DNA of 64,000 nt, taken from positions 678,711 through 742,710 of the forward strand of contig JBGAJA010000001.1 of the NCBI GenBank assembly GCA_044225175.1, given 5' to 3'. Source of the DNA: Candidatus Omnitrophota bacterium (GTDB lineage Bacteria > Omnitrophota > Gorgyraeia > Zapsychrales > Fredricksoniimonadaceae). The position numbers were made by a program, and so were the translations under genes. Positions 20,101 through 32,123 of this stretch are shown here, piece by piece (position 1 is the first letter of the stretch; each line of letters opens with the position of its first letter). The notes under the pieces are model-generated. The model was given only the letters and a program-made list of their open reading frames with translations, ran no database searches and was not told the origin of the DNA.

Positions 20101-21738
20101 AGACAAGGCTATCTGATAACTATCTTCTGTTTTTACTTTGAGTTGTTTTTGTTTTTCTAGTTCTTGGCGTTTTTGTTCAGCTTGCTTCTCTCGTTTAGCC
20201 TTCTCTTCATCTTTACGCTGTTGTCTCAAGCTTCTTTGTTTTTCTAGTTCTTCTTGTTTGCTTTTCTCTTCTAAAGTTTGCTGCTTTTTCTGTTCTTTCT
20301 CGCGTTGTTGGTCTAAAATTTTTTGCTTAGATTGTTCTTCTAACCGTTTTTTCTGTTCTTCTTTTTGCTTTTTCTCTTCTTCTCTTTTTTCAATTTCTTT
20401 TTGTTGATTACGTTTTAATTCAAGTTCTTTTATCTTTTGTTGGTCGATTAAATCTTGTTTAGCTTGATTGGTATGAAATAATTTTTCTTGTTCTGTTTCT
20501 TGTTGCCGTGTTTTTTCCTTACGGGCGTTATCTATCTCGGCTTGTTTTTCAATGATAGCTCTTTGTTTTTGATTTTCATCTTGAAGCTTCTTAATCATTT
20601 CTTGCTGCTCTTTTTGTTTTTCAAGGAATTTTTTATTTTCTTCCGCTTCCAATTGTTTTTGTTTGGCTTGATTAAGCAAAGATTGTCTCTCTATTTCTAA
20701 AGCCTTTAATCTCAACTTTTCTTTCTCTTGTTTTTCTTTGTCTATGGCCTGTTGAATTTTTAATGCGTCTTGCTTCTTTTGATTTTCTTCTTTTAATCTT
20801 TTAAGTTCATTATTCTTTTCTTCCAAAAGTTTTTGACGTTCTTGTTCTTTTAAACGTTTTTCTTCTTCTTTTTTCTGAATCTGTTCTTTCTTTAAACGCT
20901 GACGTTCTAACTCTTTTTGCTTTTGTTCTTCTTTAGCTTGTTCGTTTTTCTTGCGCAAATCTTCAGCCTGTTGTTCTTTTTGTTTTTTAATATTTTCTGC
21001 ATCGGCTTGTCTTTTTTGTCTGTCTAACTCGGCTTGTTGTTCTTTTTGTTTCTTAATATTCTCTGCTTCTGTTTGCTTTTTTTGTCGTTCCAACTCAACT
21101 TGCTGTCTTTTTTGTTCCAAAATTTTTTCTTCTTTTAGTCGGTCACTAATTTGTTTCAGGTAAGTTTTGGTTGATTTGTAATTAGGAAAGGATTTCTCGA
21201 GATTCTCAAAAGTACTTTGAGCATCACCATAATTCTTTTGTCGATAATAGGATAAAGCTTGCTGATAGAGATCTTCAGTTCTTTGCTCTGATTCTCTTTT
21301 CTGATCAAGCATTTCTTTCTGCTGCAGATCTTTTTGTTTTCTTAAAGCTATTTCCTGTTTGCGTAAACGCTCTTCACTTATCTTAATATTAGCAATTAAC
21401 TCAGCACGTTCAGTAACCTTGACAGCTTTATTAAAATAATAACGGGCAGAATCAAATTTGCCTTCTTCCATAAGTAGAAGGCCTTTATCATAATAATCTT
21501 TTGCGTTTGTCTCTCGAATTTCTTGTTTTTTGGCGTTTGATTCACTTTTAATTTTTTGATTTAAAGACTTAATATTTTCTTGAGATTCAACAATCAATCT
21601 TTTGAGCGTCTCTTCATAATTAGTTGTTGAACTATTGGGGACTGAGGCAGCTTGTTCATCAGCAAAGACACTAGATGAACAAAAAATACTTAATAAAAGT
21701 ATCGTAGGAAGAAAAGTAAGTGAAGAAATTTTTTGCAT
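17095..21738 (-). CDS. Large exported TPR/coiled-coil protein (1547 aa)
   Basis: Signal peptide (VFA-D), repeated TPR-like units (Y..AL..Y...Y..A...F......P.YK.T..YL) separated by K/E/Q-rich coiled coils. Confidence 0.75.
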   Translation of the reverse strand: MQKISSLTFLPTILLLSIFCSSSVFADEQAASVPNSSTTNYEETLKRLIVESQENIKSLNQKIKSESNAKKQEIRETNAKDYYDKGLLLMEEGKFDSARYYFNKAVKVTERAELIANIKISEERLRKQEIALRKQKDLQQKEMLDQKRESEQRTEDLYQQALSYYRQKNYGDAQSTFENLEKSFPNYKSTKTYLKQISDRLKEEKILEQKRQQVELERQKKQTEAENIKKQKEQQAELDRQKRQADAENIKKQKEQQAEDLRKKNEQAKEEQKQKELERQRLKKEQIQKKEEEKRLKEQERQKLLEEKNNELKRLKEENQKKQDALKIQQAIDKEKQEKEKLRLKALEIERQSLLNQAKQKQLEAEENKKFLEKQKEQQEMIKKLQDENQKQRAIIEKQAEIDNARKEKTRQQETEQEKLFHTNQAKQDLIDQQKIKELELKRNQQKEIEKREEEKKQKEEQKKRLEEQSKQKILDQQREKEQKKQQTLEEKSKQEELEKQRSLRQQRKDEEKAKREKQAEQKRQELEKQKQLKVKTEDSYQIALSLYRQKKYQEAKEGFKNVEQLIGNYKATQKYLVSIDQEIAKKQIEDLSKQAKKQAIPPLQQQNENSKELMKNVEAMYTEGISLYKAHNYIEAKSKFEEIVKVDKEYKSVDSYLRKTDKALAEANRRQEREKNLEQEAAQRLEEKRKKFLEQEKQKKSLSVVDRVEFNKLEQEEKNRVAKNQKAFLDKHAKELQKSQPSGLESQQIDETTKINHPVSSTTNNNTQVDEAKLLDELSQRASRLYGQIVNLSDDKQTNIAKSKLAKVDQVLQNLREEKDRTLREAREEEQRRLQQEYKEKAQIRLQKAQENYSEALNLLKEKDFQGAKIRFLEVENIQPGYKATHDYLMHIDEDRKRVEEQAAAERAIEEEKRLKEERIKRRIEESQHRKEKIEELKERLSEVAIRASKINDEILKFAKNKDYAAAKTRFEDLEHTMIELKTIKQTLAHETEQEMLEKSQSKVELIIKEEAKKVSIQKRLRSHKFTNIASLEKERKQEHIAEAKEAESYKNRDLRRQREVIYRQGVELYGVKKYAQARIIFGELASQGDDRATSYLNKIDHIMKNDVYKTKNKVEKERSDYLAERLRQQRVADLMDVKEQQRQRRLTYELERQKNLMEAQQQEERRRFESLKIEERQQQRLETQRRNSDQQLRQKEQVYHFRKLKPAKKESQKEISLQRNPAEIKHIPDVPKIIADPVKVVEQPKIEVKKNDAPLEEKKEQNRKKEEELRHKQEIEQKRIEDLKKAKEEELNRKKEELKQKQENERKKIEEERKQKEEDRLRKEQEIKDKKEEEQKKLERIRKQKEEEQKKLEEIRKQKEEEQKKLEEIRKQKEEDQKKIEATRKEKELERQKETERRRQAAEEKERKRLAQIKEEELARAKDKERLAIEKAVKERQDALESQRSVIRQQFNSGVESMYSEALKLYKSGNYREAAQRFSDIQDLIPKYKKTEELLNKSRVLMNKVPSSSIIVPKQSNPVISQKIPKSSRKDEIAKTLDLFEPTAK
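17590..17740 (-). repeat. 42-bp tandem coding repeat ([14 protein letters not shown], about 3-4 copies)
   Basis: Repeated ttcttctttttgcttacgaatttcttctaatttcttttgttc unit; boundaries approximate. Confidence 0.75.
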
Positions 21739-21838
21739 TTAATAATTTAACAATTAATTAATTTTTATGCATTCTAGCAATGATATTAACTATCTTCCAC
21801 AAAATTAATGGAATTTTTATACGATTTATTATAAGTCT

Positions 21839-22906
21839 TTATGATGCAAAGGGTTTTTGATTCTGATCATAAATAGTACGGATATCTTTTTGTATATCTA
21901 AAAATGCCTCTACTATTTTTGGAGCAAAATTTTTCCCGCTACAATTCTTAATCTCAGCTAAAGCATCTTCTACGGTCCATGCTTTTTTATAGGGTCTCAC
22001 TGAAGTTAATGCATCAAACACATCTGCAACTGAGCAAATCTGTCCAACCAAAGGAATATCTTCCCCTCCAATTTTATTAGGATAGCCATTACCATCAAAA
22101 CGTTCATGATGGGTCAAAGCAATCGTTTCTGCCATCTTAAGAAAGGGCGAATTGCTTCCTGATAGAATTTTAGCGCCAATTGTGGTATGAGTTTTAATAA
22201 TATCAAATTCAGCGGGTTCTAACTTTCCTGGTTTAAGCAAAATAGAGTCTGGAATTGCTATTTTTCCAATATCATGAAGCGGAGATGTGTTGAGAATCAT
22301 TTCAGCTTGAGCTGGCGTACTTCCCATGGCTAAAGCTAGTTTTTGGCAATAGAAACTCATGCGGATGATATGATCTCCTGTATCTGTATCACGAAGCTCT
22401 GCTGCATTAGATAAACGACGAATAACATCCACTCGAGTTTGCTTGAGCTCAGTTGTTCTCTTCTCAACCTGAGCTTCTAAAGATAAATTATGATTTTTAA
22501 TTTGTTTATACAAAAGACGGACTTCAATAATATTACGAGCTCGTAAAACAACTTCGCTTGCTAGGTACGGTTTATGTAAGAAATCTTTGGCGCCTGCGGC
22601 TAAGGCCTTAAAACGAGCGCTTTCATCTTCTGCTGAAAGAATCAATATAGGCAAATAATCACCTGGAATAGCGTTAGCTAATTGAGCCATGATATCAAAT
22701 CCTGACATTACCGGCATATTAATATCAAGCAATAGTAAATCAGGCTGAAGTTCTAAGTATAAATCTTTTGCTTTGGTGGAATCAGTTGTAATTGTGATAT
22801 CTATGAAACCTGCTGAGGAAAGTATTTTTTTGAGGATTTGGAGATTAAGGATGTTATCGTCAACAGCTAAAATCTTTGCACCAAGAATTTTCTCTTCTGA
22901 AAGCAC
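21839..22906 (-). CDS. Response regulator with HD-GYP c-di-GMP phosphodiesterase domain (RpfG-like)
   Basis: Receiver (VDD, LDINMP, KP) + LHDIGK, HHERFDGNGYP, VADVFDAL..RPYK. Confidence 0.93.
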   Translation of the reverse strand: MLSEEKILGAKILAVDDNILNLQILKKILSSAGFIDITITTDSTKAKDLYLELQPDLLLLDINMPVMSGFDIMAQLANAIPGDYLPILILSAEDESARFKALAAGAKDFLHKPYLASEVVLRARNIIEVRLLYKQIKNHNLSLEAQVEKRTTELKQTRVDVIRRLSNAAELRDTDTGDHIIRMSFYCQKLALAMGSTPAQAEMILNTSPLHDIGKIAIPDSILLKPGKLEPAEFDIIKTHTTIGAKILSGSNSPFLKMAETIALTHHERFDGNGYPNKIGGEDIPLVGQICSVADVFDALTSVRPYKKAWTVEDALAEIKNCSGKNFAPKIVEAFLDIQKDIRTIYDQNQKPFAS

Positions 22907-22916
22907 TTAATCTCCT

Positions 22917-23666
22917 TTATTGGAATTTCCAAGAACGCAGTTTATCTAAAAAGATATCATCCGTCAAGCCGCAACGAACTGCGGTTACTGTAACATATCC
23001 ATTCTTCAGTGCATACGTATCATATGAATTGTCATCCACATGTTTGGGATTTGCTCCTGTCATCCAGAAATAGACTTTTTCATGAGGACTCAAACGTTTT
23101 TCAAATTTCCCAAATATGGGTTCTGCTCCCTGTTTAGTCGGAAGAATACCCTTAATCTTTCCAAGAGGAACATTAACGTTTAAGAATGTGCCTTTTGGTA
23201 ATGTATGTTTGAATGCTAGTTTAGCTAACTTTGCTCCAACTTTGGCTGCCTGAGTAAAATCCGGGTTCTCATGGGTATCTAAGGAAAGTGCAATTGAGTC
23301 AACCCCCATCAAAGCACCTTCTCTTGCACCTGCAACAGTTCCGGAATAAAAGACGCTGCAACCATCATTACCGCCAAAATTAATTCCAGACACAACCAGA
23401 TCAGGTTTCTTGCCTTTAAGAATAACTTCAATCCCAACTTTTACACAATCGGCTGGCTTTCCACTAACGGCATGACCAAAGAATTTATTATTAAGCTTAA
23501 CATCACGAACGAAGAGCGGCTGGTACAAGGTTATTCCATGCCCTACAGAACTTTGCTCATTCTCTGGAGCAACAACGGTTACATCAGCAAATTTAATAAG
23601 CTCTTTATAAATGGCAAGGATGCCAGGAGCAAAAATGCCATCATCATTAGTCAAAAGAATTTTCAT
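22917..23666 (-). CDS. surE: 5'/3'-nucleotidase SurE
   Basis: ILLTNDDGIFAPG, GKPADCV, SGIN.G.N....FYSGTVAGAREG. Confidence 0.95.
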   Translation of the reverse strand: MKILLTNDDGIFAPGILAIYKELIKFADVTVVAPENEQSSVGHGITLYQPLFVRDVKLNNKFFGHAVSGKPADCVKVGIEVILKGKKPDLVVSGINFGGNDGCSVFYSGTVAGAREGALMGVDSIALSLDTHENPDFTQAAKVGAKLAKLAFKHTLPKGTFLNVNVPLGKIKGILPTKQGAEPIFGKFEKRLSPHEKVYFWMTGANPKHVDDNSYDTYALKNGYVTVTAVRCGLTDDIFLDKLRSWKFQ

Positions 23667-25468
23667 TAAATACTATACTCCGGATCTAAAACAACAGCTT
23701 TGATCAGAAGATCGACAATTTTTTTGACCGCGGCATCTGATTCTTCATTCTCAATAAGATTTAAGTCAATGCTTGATTCTAAGAATCGGTTCTCTCCAAC
23801 ATTGACAACAAAGGTACGGTTGGGACTATTTAGCTTCTTAAGCATATCTAATTCATATTGATCAATATCTGTGATACTCGTAATCATAATCAGACCTGCA
23901 TCGGTCATAATATGGGCTAACTCACCTAACTGTTCTAAGGCTTCATACTTTCCTAATGTCTTGTCTTTGGAATCGTGAGTGGCTAATGCTAAACGGTTAG
24001 ACACTCCAAGAAAATAAACTTTCTTCTCTAAGTTGAATAATTGTTCTTCAAGAGCTTTGGCAATACGCTGCTTACCCGTATCTATCTTTCCTGTGATCAC
24101 AATAAAAGCAGATTTATGCTGATACTTAGATGATCGAATATCAGGGGTGATATGACTTCTTTCCCATCCATACTCTCTATTCTTAATATGGTTAGAAAGC
24201 AAGCTATCACTATCAAAAACTGGAGCTAAAATAATTCCACCACCGGCAATTTCATAGTTATCAACTAAGACAAAACGTCCTGTTTCAGCAACATCCGTGA
24301 TCAGGTCAAAAGCAATAGGCTTTAAAGTTTCAAAAACCACCTCTCCTACTTCATGCCGGTCGACGTGAGGCTTGTTACTGGAGGCAAGTTCAGCGGCATT
24401 AAGCACATGTAATACTTCAGAAACTACCACCGGCACTTGTTGAGTGGCAATTTTTAACTTATATGTCTTATTCTTAACTAAAGGCTGCTTACCCATCCAA
24501 AAGATATTAGCCTTGAACTTGGATGACACTTGCGGATTCTTCTCAGAAGGCTTAACCATAACCTCACCTGGACGAATGTAAATCTCTGTTTCCATGGTAA
24601 AGCCGGAGCTTTGACCAGCAAATGCTTCTGTACGTGTAGCTCCATTAAAATATTCAATTGTTTTAATACGATTCTTCTTACCAGACGGAAGGAATACAAT
24701 TTCATCACCAAGCTTGATCGTTCCAGTCTCAACACGACCTGCAACAATGCGGCGATCATCCCCTTCTTCTGTGAATTTATAAATATCTTGAACGGGCATA
24801 CGAAAGACTTGCTGGTCCTTAGGAGCTGCCTTTTCAAAGTTATCTAAAACTCCAAGGATAGACTGACCTTTATACCAAGGCATATTTGGTGAAGGACTAA
24901 CCATATTGTCCCCATGAAATGCGGCAATTGGAATAAAACAGTTGGGCTTTAAATCAATTTCATTTAAAAATTTAGTATAATCCGTTTTAATTTGTTCAAA
25001 AACTTTTTGATCATAACCAACTAAGTCCATCTTATTCACACACACAGCCACATTTTTGATTCCAAGAAATCTCATCACATAACCATGGCGTTTGGAGTTT
25101 TCTTTGATTCCCTCATGAGCATCAATGAGCAAAAGTGCTGCCTCAGCACGTGCTGCTCCTGAAATCATGTTCTTTAAAAACTCGATATGCCCTGGAGCAT
25201 CAATAATAATGTAATCACGCTTGGCAGATTTAAAGAAGCTACGGGCCGTATCAATTGTAATCCCTTGGGATTGTTCGTCCTTAAGAGCATCAAGCAAGAA
25301 AGCATACTCAAAAGGCTTAGCATTACGGGCACAATTGGCCTTTACTGCTTCGAGTTTACCATCCGGCAGTGACCCAGTATCAGCCAAAAGCCGTCCAACC
25401 AAGGTGCTTTTCCCATGGTCTACATGCCCTACAATAACCACATTCATTTGTTCGCGCTGAATATTCAT
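23666..25468 (-). CDS. cysN: Sulfate adenylyltransferase subunit 1 with degenerate C-terminal APS-kinase-like domain
   Basis: [24 protein letters not shown]; C-terminal [13 protein letters not shown] degenerate P-loop. Confidence 0.9.
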   Translation of the reverse strand: MNIQREQMNVVIVGHVDHGKSTLVGRLLADTGSLPDGKLEAVKANCARNAKPFEYAFLLDALKDEQSQGITIDTARSFFKSAKRDYIIIDAPGHIEFLKNMISGAARAEAALLLIDAHEGIKENSKRHGYVMRFLGIKNVAVCVNKMDLVGYDQKVFEQIKTDYTKFLNEIDLKPNCFIPIAAFHGDNMVSPSPNMPWYKGQSILGVLDNFEKAAPKDQQVFRMPVQDIYKFTEEGDDRRIVAGRVETGTIKLGDEIVFLPSGKKNRIKTIEYFNGATRTEAFAGQSSGFTMETEIYIRPGEVMVKPSEKNPQVSSKFKANIFWMGKQPLVKNKTYKLKIATQQVPVVVSEVLHVLNAAELASSNKPHVDRHEVGEVVFETLKPIAFDLITDVAETGRFVLVDNYEIAGGGIILAPVFDSDSLLSNHIKNREYGWERSHITPDIRSSKYQHKSAFIVITGKIDTGKQRIAKALEEQLFNLEKKVYFLGVSNRLALATHDSKDKTLGKYEALEQLGELAHIMTDAGLIMITSITDIDQYELDMLKKLNSPNRTFVVNVGENRFLESSIDLNLIENEESDAAVKKIVDLLIKAVVLDPEYSI

Positions 25469-25471
25469 AAT

Positions 25472-26059
25472 TTAATCCATATCCTTCCAAGGCATCATAA
25501 TTCCTTCAACTTTATGAGGAGCAATTAAAGGTTCTGAAAAAGAAGCGGGAAAATTGCGAATGGGACTCTCTATATGAGGCCAACAACATTCCGCGCATAA
25601 TAATTCTGCAGGTTTAGTAATTTCCGTAAACTTGGGGGCTTCTTTTCCCCATTGATAACTACCCTTATCCCAATAGGCAATACTTGCTAAAGACGAACAT
25701 TTCTGACAAGAACCTTGAATAGTATTTAAACCCCTGTCAATTACATCTCCAGCAATATCTGCAAGTTGATATTTCTTTATATCCTCGGGGGTATAATATT
25801 GGTAATAAAAACCTTTTGGGTTCCTGATATTCCAATCAGGATATAACACAATCATTTTTTTGTTAAAGCCAAGAAACACTTGTTTAAATTCACTAATTAA
25901 ATGCTTCCTGCAAAGATCTTTTTCTTTTCCATTTGGATATCGTAAAGTATCCATAGCTTCTTGATCACATCCGGGACATTTTTTACCAAAAGCCCGATGT
26001 AAAACTGTATAAAGGTATAAAAAAATGATAGTGCCAACTATCGCAATTAATACGATCAT
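25472..26059 (-). CDS. Hypothetical membrane-anchored Cys-rich protein
   Basis: N-terminal TM; CPGC, LCRKH, CQKC, CAECC; coupled to the cysD stop. Confidence 0.7.
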   Translation of the reverse strand: MIVLIAIVGTIIFLYLYTVLHRAFGKKCPGCDQEAMDTLRYPNGKEKDLCRKHLISEFKQVFLGFNKKMIVLYPDWNIRNPKGFYYQYYTPEDIKKYQLADIAGDVIDRGLNTIQGSCQKCSSLASIAYWDKGSYQWGKEAPKFTEITKPAELLCAECCWPHIESPIRNFPASFSEPLIAPHKVEGIMMPWKDMD

Positions 26060-26970
26060 TACATGTACCCTTCTTTACGTAACGTTTCCAAACCCCCGCC
26101 ATCTTCTTTATCCTGGGCGCGGCCGGAGCGTTCGGCAATGTTCTTAAACTTGCCTTCTCTGAGTTCTTTGACAATGTCGGCCACATTCTTAGCTGTGGAA
26201 TCAACAGGTGTTGTGCAAGGGTAGCATCCTAAGGAACGATATCTTTTTCCCTTACCTTGATCGAAGTATAGGTCAGTGATAGGGATCTTTTCACGTTCAA
26301 TGTATTCCCAAATATTAAGTTCAGTCCAGTCCAGCAGTGGATGAATACGAATATGGGTTCCTGGAGCGAAATCCGTCTTGAATTGATTCCAAAGTTCAGG
26401 CGGTTGATCACCTACATCCCAGTCGCTGTTTCTATCTCTTGGAGAGAAATAACGCTCCTTGGAACGACTGCCTTCTTCGTCAGCGCGTGCGCCTACAATG
26501 ACGCCAATATATGGCTCCGTGTTGGTATCCACGTCATATTTGCCTGTTTTGTGATTCAATCTCCAGCGCTGCCATTCTCCTGACAAAGTCTTCTTTAAAG
26601 CCTCGCTTTTAAGCGCTTTGCAGCATGAAATTCTGTCCAAATTACCGTCGGGGAACGTGCGTTTTTCCTTCAAAGCTTGGGTGTTTTGACCAATCACCAT
26701 GTTGAGATTAAATTCCATGGCAAGCTTGTCACGATATTGAATCATCTCTGGAATTTTATAGCTCGTATCAATATGGACTAAAGGAAATGGCACATGGCCA
26801 TAGAATGCCTTGCGGGCAAGCCACAAAAGCACAGTTGAGTCTTTTCCAATCGACCAAAGCATCACCAGTGACTTAAACTCTCTATATGCCTCACGCAGAA
26901 TGTAAACGCTTTGTGATTCGAGTTGATCTAGTTTATCCATTGTTTTTGCCATAATTAAATCCTTCATCAA
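26059..26970 (-). CDS. cysD: Sulfate adenylyltransferase subunit 2
   Basis: [39 protein letters not shown]-terminal EGYM; true start may be a few codons downstream. Confidence 0.95.
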   Translation of the reverse strand: MMKDLIMAKTMDKLDQLESQSVYILREAYREFKSLVMLWSIGKDSTVLLWLARKAFYGHVPFPLVHIDTSYKIPEMIQYRDKLAMEFNLNMVIGQNTQALKEKRTFPDGNLDRISCCKALKSEALKKTLSGEWQRWRLNHKTGKYDVDTNTEPYIGVIVGARADEEGSRSKERYFSPRDRNSDWDVGDQPPELWNQFKTDFAPGTHIRIHPLLDWTELNIWEYIEREKIPITDLYFDQGKGKRYRSLGCYPCTTPVDSTAKNVADIVKELREGKFKNIAERSGRAQDKEDGGGLETLRKEGYM

Positions 26971-26990
26971 TATCCTCTTTACAGGATCCT

Positions 26991-27767
26991 CTATCTATCA
27001 TGTGTTCTGTCATGATTTTTTAATGATGTTCCCTTCCATTTGGGGTTGTTATGCAGCCCACATTCTTTTTGCTCAGGCTGTTCCCACCACCAGCGGCCTG
27101 CACGGATATCTTCGCCAGGTTTAACCGCTCTGGTACAACAAGCACAGCCGATTGAAATAAAGCCTTGTGCATGCAAAGGGTTCACATCAATCTTTTGTTC
27201 TTGAATATACTTATGCACATCTTCCAATGTCCAATCTGCTAAAGGATTGATCTTAATCTTGCTATTTGCATCATCCCATTCAAAAATCTCCAAATTGGCA
27301 CGAGTTAAAGCTTGTTGTTTACGTAATCCTACAATCCAAGCATCCACATTGATTAAAGCCCTTTGTAAAGGTTCAACCTTGCGGATATGGCAGCATAATT
27401 TACGATTCTCAACACTGTTATAAAACAAATTAATCCCTTTTTCTTGAACCATTGTTTCAAGATGTTGATTGTTTGGATAATAGACTTTGAATTTAACTTT
27501 AGGATATTTCTTCTGATTCTTATCTAAGAGTTCATATGTTTCTTGAAACAATCGTCCAGTATCTAAAGTAAAGATCTCAATAAAAGGAGCCCCCTTGGAA
27601 ATAATATCTGTTATTACCTGGTCTTCTTCACCCAGGCTCGTTGCAAAATTGACCTTATCACCAAACTCTTGGTAGGCTAATCTGATAATGCCCGCAGCAT
27701 CCAATCCCTTAGCTTTTTCATTAAGCTGTTGAATCTTGTCTTTGTTCATATCTTCCTTAAATATCAA
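26991..27767 (-). CDS. cysH: APS/PAPS reductase ([4Fe-4S] APS-reductase type)
   Basis: [43 protein letters not shown]. Confidence 0.93.
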   Translation of the reverse strand: MIFKEDMNKDKIQQLNEKAKGLDAAGIIRLAYQEFGDKVNFATSLGEEDQVITDIISKGAPFIEIFTLDTGRLFQETYELLDKNQKKYPKVKFKVYYPNNQHLETMVQEKGINLFYNSVENRKLCCHIRKVEPLQRALINVDAWIVGLRKQQALTRANLEIFEWDDANSKIKINPLADWTLEDVHKYIQEQKIDVNPLHAQGFISIGCACCTRAVKPGEDIRAGRWWWEQPEQKECGLHNNPKWKGTSLKNHDRTHDR

Positions 27768-28182
27768 AACTAATTGTTTTTACTTGCTCACGCTGACGAT
27801 CACAAAGATCAGCAAGACTGACTTCTTTTAGGGTTTGAATAATACTTTGATCGATTTTCTGCCACAAAAGGCTTATCGCATCACCCTTAATTGTTTTACG
27901 CTTCTCTTCATCAAAAGTTCCAAGACCGCCTAATTGTTTAACCACATCAGCTAAGTTAATTTCTTTGGGTGAAACTGCCAATATATAGCCACCTGATTTC
28001 CCTCGAACACTGTGAATATACCCCAAACCTTTTAATGCAATCAAGATATGAATCAAAAATTTCTGTGATACTCCAGCTTTACGGCTAAGACGACTAATTT
28101 GAAGAGGAGTTGTATTAGGCCAATGAAGTCCGAGCTCTAAAAGGGCCCTTACTGCATAATCCATTCTAGCAGAAACTTTCAT
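27757..28182 (-). CDS. Rrf2-family transcriptional regulator (CymR-like)
   Basis: YAVRALLEL, SVRGKSGGY; lacks the IscR Cys triad; inside the cys operon. Confidence 0.88.
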   Translation of the reverse strand: MKVSARMDYAVRALLELGLHWPNTTPLQISRLSRKAGVSQKFLIHILIALKGLGYIHSVRGKSGGYILAVSPKEINLADVVKQLGGLGTFDEEKRKTIKGDAISLLWQKIDQSIIQTLKEVSLADLCDRQREQVKTISFDI

Positions 28183-28197
28183 AAGCCACCTCTTTCC

Positions 28198-29283
28198 TTA
28201 AATCTCAAACTCATAATAGGTCACATTGCGTAAAGAAACATAGACCTCATCATTTTTCTTTAATGCTAGAGCACGAAATTCATCTTGTGAAATCTCAGCT
28301 TGAATGGGATCGCCATCGCTTGTTATTAAATCAACCTTAACAACGGAACCTGCAGGATTCAAATACTCAATGACGGCCTTTAGAGAAGACTTGTCTTTTG
28401 ATTGACGGGTTATCTCAAACTGATGAGGCCTCACAAAGACATTGGCAGTTTTGGAATTCTTATCCACAGTGGGCAAATCAATGGCTGAACTTCCTACATA
28501 TGCTTTGCCATCCTCTACTCGAGCGTGGAATAGATTAACATTCCCTAAAAAATTTAAAACAAATTTATTGGCTGGTTTATGATAAACCTCATCTGGAGTA
28601 CCAACTTGTTCAACCTTACCCTTATTCATCACCACAATACGATCTGCCACTTCAAGAGCTTCTTCTTGATCGTGAGTAACAAAAAGGGTTGTAATGTGAA
28701 GTTGATCGTGAAAGTGTCTAAGCCAAGTGCGTAATTCTTTACGCACTTGGGCATCTAAAGCCCCAAAGGGCTCATCTAAAAGTAAAACCTTAGGTTCAAT
28801 AGCTAGTGCACGAGCCAAAGCAATGCGTTGACGTTGTCCACCTGATAACTGCCAAGGATATCGATTCCCCACCCAATCCAATTGCACCAAATTCAAAAGT
28901 TCATTAACCTTTGCCTTAATTATTTGCTCGGATGGCCTATTTTTCTTAGGTTTGACCCGTAAACCAAAAGCAATATTATCAAATACGGTCATATGGCGAA
29001 ACAAAGCATAATGCTGAAACACAAATCCAACCCCACGATCCTGGATTTTATGCTCCTTGGTATCTTCCCCATGAAACAAGATCTCCCCCTGTTGTGCATA
29101 TTCAAGCCCCGCAATAATACGAAGCATGGTCGTCTTCCCCGACCCTGAAGGGCCCAAAAGCGCAATCAATTCCCCTGTTTGGACATTCAAACTCACATCA
29201 TCCAAAGCTTTAAAAGCCCCAAAACTCTTTGTAATATTTTTAATTTCAATACTCATAGGATTAATGCCCTCCTTGTCGGGCAA
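28198..29283 (-). CDS. cysA: Sulfate ABC transporter ATP-binding protein
   Basis: [35 protein letters not shown]-terminus; true start probably MSIEIK. Confidence 0.95.
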   Translation of the reverse strand: MPDKEGINPMSIEIKNITKSFGAFKALDDVSLNVQTGELIALLGPSGSGKTTMLRIIAGLEYAQQGEILFHGEDTKEHKIQDRGVGFVFQHYALFRHMTVFDNIAFGLRVKPKKNRPSEQIIKAKVNELLNLVQLDWVGNRYPWQLSGGQRQRIALARALAIEPKVLLLDEPFGALDAQVRKELRTWLRHFHDQLHITTLFVTHDQEEALEVADRIVVMNKGKVEQVGTPDEVYHKPANKFVLNFLGNVNLFHARVEDGKAYVGSSAIDLPTVDKNSKTANVFVRPHQFEITRQSKDKSSLKAVIEYLNPAGSVVKVDLITSDGDPIQAEISQDEFRALALKKNDEVYVSLRNVTYYEFEI

Positions 29284-30142
29284 ACTTCAATTCATGCCGA
29301 TACTTGTATTCAACTAGACTTTTTAGAATTAATGTAACAACCGCTAACATAGCCAATAGTGAAGCTGCGGCAAATGAGGCTGTGAATTGGTATTCGTTGT
29401 AAAGAATTTCAATATGAAGTGGCAACGTGTTTGTCAGGCCGCGGATATGACCAGAAACTACTGAAACTGCTCCAAACTCTCCCATGGCGCGTGCATTACA
29501 TAAAATGACGCCATATAGCAATCCCCATTTGATATTAGGTAATGTGACCAGCCAAAACGTTTTAAATCCACTGGCCCCTAGGGTGATAGCGGCTTCCTCC
29601 TCTTCATTCCCTTGTGACTTCATCAAAGGAATAAGTTCACGAGCTACCATAGGAAATGTCACAAAAATGGTTGCCAAAATGATACCTATAGGAGCAAAGA
29701 TGATCTTAATATCGTGATCCATTAGCCATGGACCTAACAAACCTTGCGCCCCAAACATCAATACATAGATAAGTCCTGAGATTACAGGTGAAACAGACAG
29801 TGGCAAATCAATCAAAGTTAATAGAAAATTTTTCCCATAAAAATCAAATTTGGCAATGGCCCAGGATGCTGCAATTCCAAAGATCAAATTTAAAGGTACT
29901 GCAATGGCGGCTGTTAATAATGTTAATTTGATTGCTGCCACAGCATTGGGTTCAGAAATGGATTGAAAATAAAATGCTAAGCCTTTGTTTAATCCTGTGG
30001 ATATAACTAGTACTAAAGGCATCACCAAGAACAGCCCTATAAAAATTAGGGCAATCGCAATTAAAGTCCATTTGACAATAGCTGGTTCTTTTCGTATTTG
30101 AGACATACTTAATTCATTCCTATTTTTTTCGATGCATACCAC
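29261..30142 (-). CDS. cysW: Sulfate ABC transporter permease CysW
   Basis: [33 protein letters not shown]; true start probably MSQIRK. Confidence 0.95.
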   Translation of the reverse strand: MVCIEKNRNELSMSQIRKEPAIVKWTLIAIALIFIGLFLVMPLVLVISTGLNKGLAFYFQSISEPNAVAAIKLTLLTAAIAVPLNLIFGIAASWAIAKFDFYGKNFLLTLIDLPLSVSPVISGLIYVLMFGAQGLLGPWLMDHDIKIIFAPIGIILATIFVTFPMVARELIPLMKSQGNEEEEAAITLGASGFKTFWLVTLPNIKWGLLYGVILCNARAMGEFGAVSVVSGHIRGLTNTLPLHIEILYNEYQFTASFAAASLLAMLAVVTLILKSLVEYKYRHELKFARQGGH

Positions 30143-30942
30143 TGTAAGAAATTAGTAAATGCAAGAATGACAAAAGACACTAACAGCATCACAACTGCAA
30201 TGGCGGATGCTCCTGTGTAATCATATTGTTCTAATTTGGTTATAATTAAAAGTGGTGCGATTTCCGTTTTACCCGGCATATTGCCTGCAATAAAGACAAC
30301 TGAGCCGTACTCTCCAATACAACGAGCGAAAGCTAGACTAAAACCTGTAAGTACAGCTGGCAAAAGCACCGGGAATATAATCTTTACAAAGGTTTGAAAG
30401 CGATCTGCACCAAGACTTGCCGCTGCTTCTTCTAATTCAGGATCCAAGTCTTCTAAAATTGGTTCAATTGTTCTCACAATAAACGGCAACCCAATAAAAA
30501 TTAAAGCCAATGTAATACCTAAAGGCGAATAAGCTGTTTGAATGCCCATCTTATAAAGATACTGCCCCATCCATCCGTTTTGAGAATAAAGCGATGTTAA
30601 GGCAATACCTGCAACCGCAGTTGGTAAAGCAAAGGGCAAATCAATTAAAGCATCAATGATCTTTTTACCTGGAAATTTATAGCGGGCTAACACCCAAGCA
30701 ATCAAAAATCCAAATACTACATTTACTAATGAGGCAACAAACGCCGCACCAAAGCTTAAGCGATAGGCTGCCAATGTTCTTGGAGATAAAATAACTTCCC
30801 AAAAATCATACCATCCCATGGTGGAAGTCTTAAAAAACAAAAGAGATAAGGGAATTAAGACAATTAAACTTAGGTAAAAAATTGTATAACCTAAGCTTAA
30901 ATTGAATCCTGGTAATGTTGAACGAGTTTTGAGTAAAAACAT
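30109..30942 (-). CDS. cysT: Sulfate ABC transporter permease CysT/CysU
   Basis: DLPFALPTAVAGIAL, GEYGSVVFIAGNMP.KTEIAP. Confidence 0.95.
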   Translation of the reverse strand: MFLLKTRSTLPGFNLSLGYTIFYLSLIVLIPLSLLFFKTSTMGWYDFWEVILSPRTLAAYRLSFGAAFVASLVNVVFGFLIAWVLARYKFPGKKIIDALIDLPFALPTAVAGIALTSLYSQNGWMGQYLYKMGIQTAYSPLGITLALIFIGLPFIVRTIEPILEDLDPELEEAAASLGADRFQTFVKIIFPVLLPAVLTGFSLAFARCIGEYGSVVFIAGNMPGKTEIAPLLIITKLEQYDYTGASAIAVVMLLVSFVILAFTNFLQWYASKKIGMN

Positions 30943-30960
30943 AATGTTCTTATAAAATAG

Positions 30961-30989
30961 GTAAGGACAACTATGAAAGCTGTCCTTAC
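30961..30989 (-). other. Intergenic stem-loop after sbp (mRNA stabilizer or partial terminator)
   Basis: Minus strand GTAAGGACAGCT-TTCAT-AGTTGTCCTTAC. Confidence 0.6.
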
Positions 30990-31049
30990 TATGTTGATTA
31001 GCTGGGTTAGAATACTAATAATCTCTTAAGAGATCAACCAAATTTTCTT

Positions 31050-32057
31050 TTAATTCCCATAAATTTGATCAAAAATTCCTTTATCAGCGAAATGTTTCTT
31101 CTGTGCAGCTTGCCATCCACCAAATTCTTGGATTGTAATCAAATTAGACGATTTAAATTGGCTTTCATACTTCTTGGCTACTGATGCCAAGCGAGGCCGA
31201 TAGTAATTCTTCGTGGCAATTTCTTGTCCTTCCTCACTGTAAAGATACTTTAGGTATTCTTCAGCAATTTTTCTTGTGCCATGTTTATCAGCAACACGAT
31301 CAACTAAAGCAACAGGTGGTTCAGCTAGAATACTTAAGGATGGAACAATAATATCAAATTGATCTGGCCCTAATTGATTGACCGCCAGATAGGCTTCGTT
31401 TTCCCATGCCAAAAGAACATCCCCGATTTTTCTTTCAACAAACGTTGTTGTAGATCCCCGAGCTCCGGAATCCAAAACTGGGACATTTTTGAATAAAGCA
31501 GAAACAAATTCCTTACTTTTTACTTCATCACCACCAAATTTCTTCTGAGCATAACCCCAAGCAGCTAGATAATTCCATCTAGCTCCCCCCGAGGTCTTTG
31601 GATTAGCAGTAATCACAGAAATGCCTGGTTTTACTAAATCATCCCAATCTTTAATGTTCTTAGGATTTCCTTTTCGAACTAAAAAAACAATCGTGGATGT
31701 ATAGGGTGTGCTGTTATGTTCTAAACGAGCTTGCCAAGTTTTAGGTAGAAGACCTCCCTTGTCGGCAATATTGTCGATATCATATGCTAAGGCGAGTGTG
31801 ACAACATCAGCATCCAACCCGTCAATTACAGAACGAGCTTGTTTGCCGCTTCCCCCATGAGATTGATTGATCGTCACATCCTGACCACTGACTTCCTTCC
31901 AATGAGCTGCAAAAGCTTTGTTATACTCTTCATAAAGCTCCCGTGTAGGGTCATAGGATACATTTAATAACGTAATTGGTTTGGCTGAAGCTAATCCAGC
32001 TAAACTAAATATAATTGTAAAAATAATCAAACTACTTAACCAATTCTTGCTTTTCAT
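31050..32057 (-). CDS. sbp: Periplasmic sulfate-binding protein
   Basis: [39 protein letters not shown]. Confidence 0.95.
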   Translation of the reverse strand: MKSKNWLSSLIIFTIIFSLAGLASAKPITLLNVSYDPTRELYEEYNKAFAAHWKEVSGQDVTINQSHGGSGKQARSVIDGLDADVVTLALAYDIDNIADKGGLLPKTWQARLEHNSTPYTSTIVFLVRKGNPKNIKDWDDLVKPGISVITANPKTSGGARWNYLAAWGYAQKKFGGDEVKSKEFVSALFKNVPVLDSGARGSTTTFVERKIGDVLLAWENEAYLAVNQLGPDQFDIIVPSLSILAEPPVALVDRVADKHGTRKIAEEYLKYLYSEEGQEIATKNYYRPRLASVAKKYESQFKSSNLITIQEFGGWQAAQKKHFADKGIFDQIYGN

Positions 32058-32092
32058 ATAATTCTCTCTTTCTTAATGTTTTATTGTCACTT

Positions 32093-32110
32093 CTGCCTGC
32101 CGGCAGGCAG
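32093..32110. repeat. 18-bp perfect palindrome (REP-like)
   Basis: CTGCCTGCCGGCAGGCAG between the porin gene and sbp. Confidence 0.7.
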
Positions 32111-32123
32111 GCCCCAGGTTCAT

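Noticed and set aside
17750-21163. Plus-strand F/S/C-rich ORFs (17750, 20138, 20488, 20951)
   Set aside because: Antisense shadows of the K/E/Q low-complexity coiled-coil gene.
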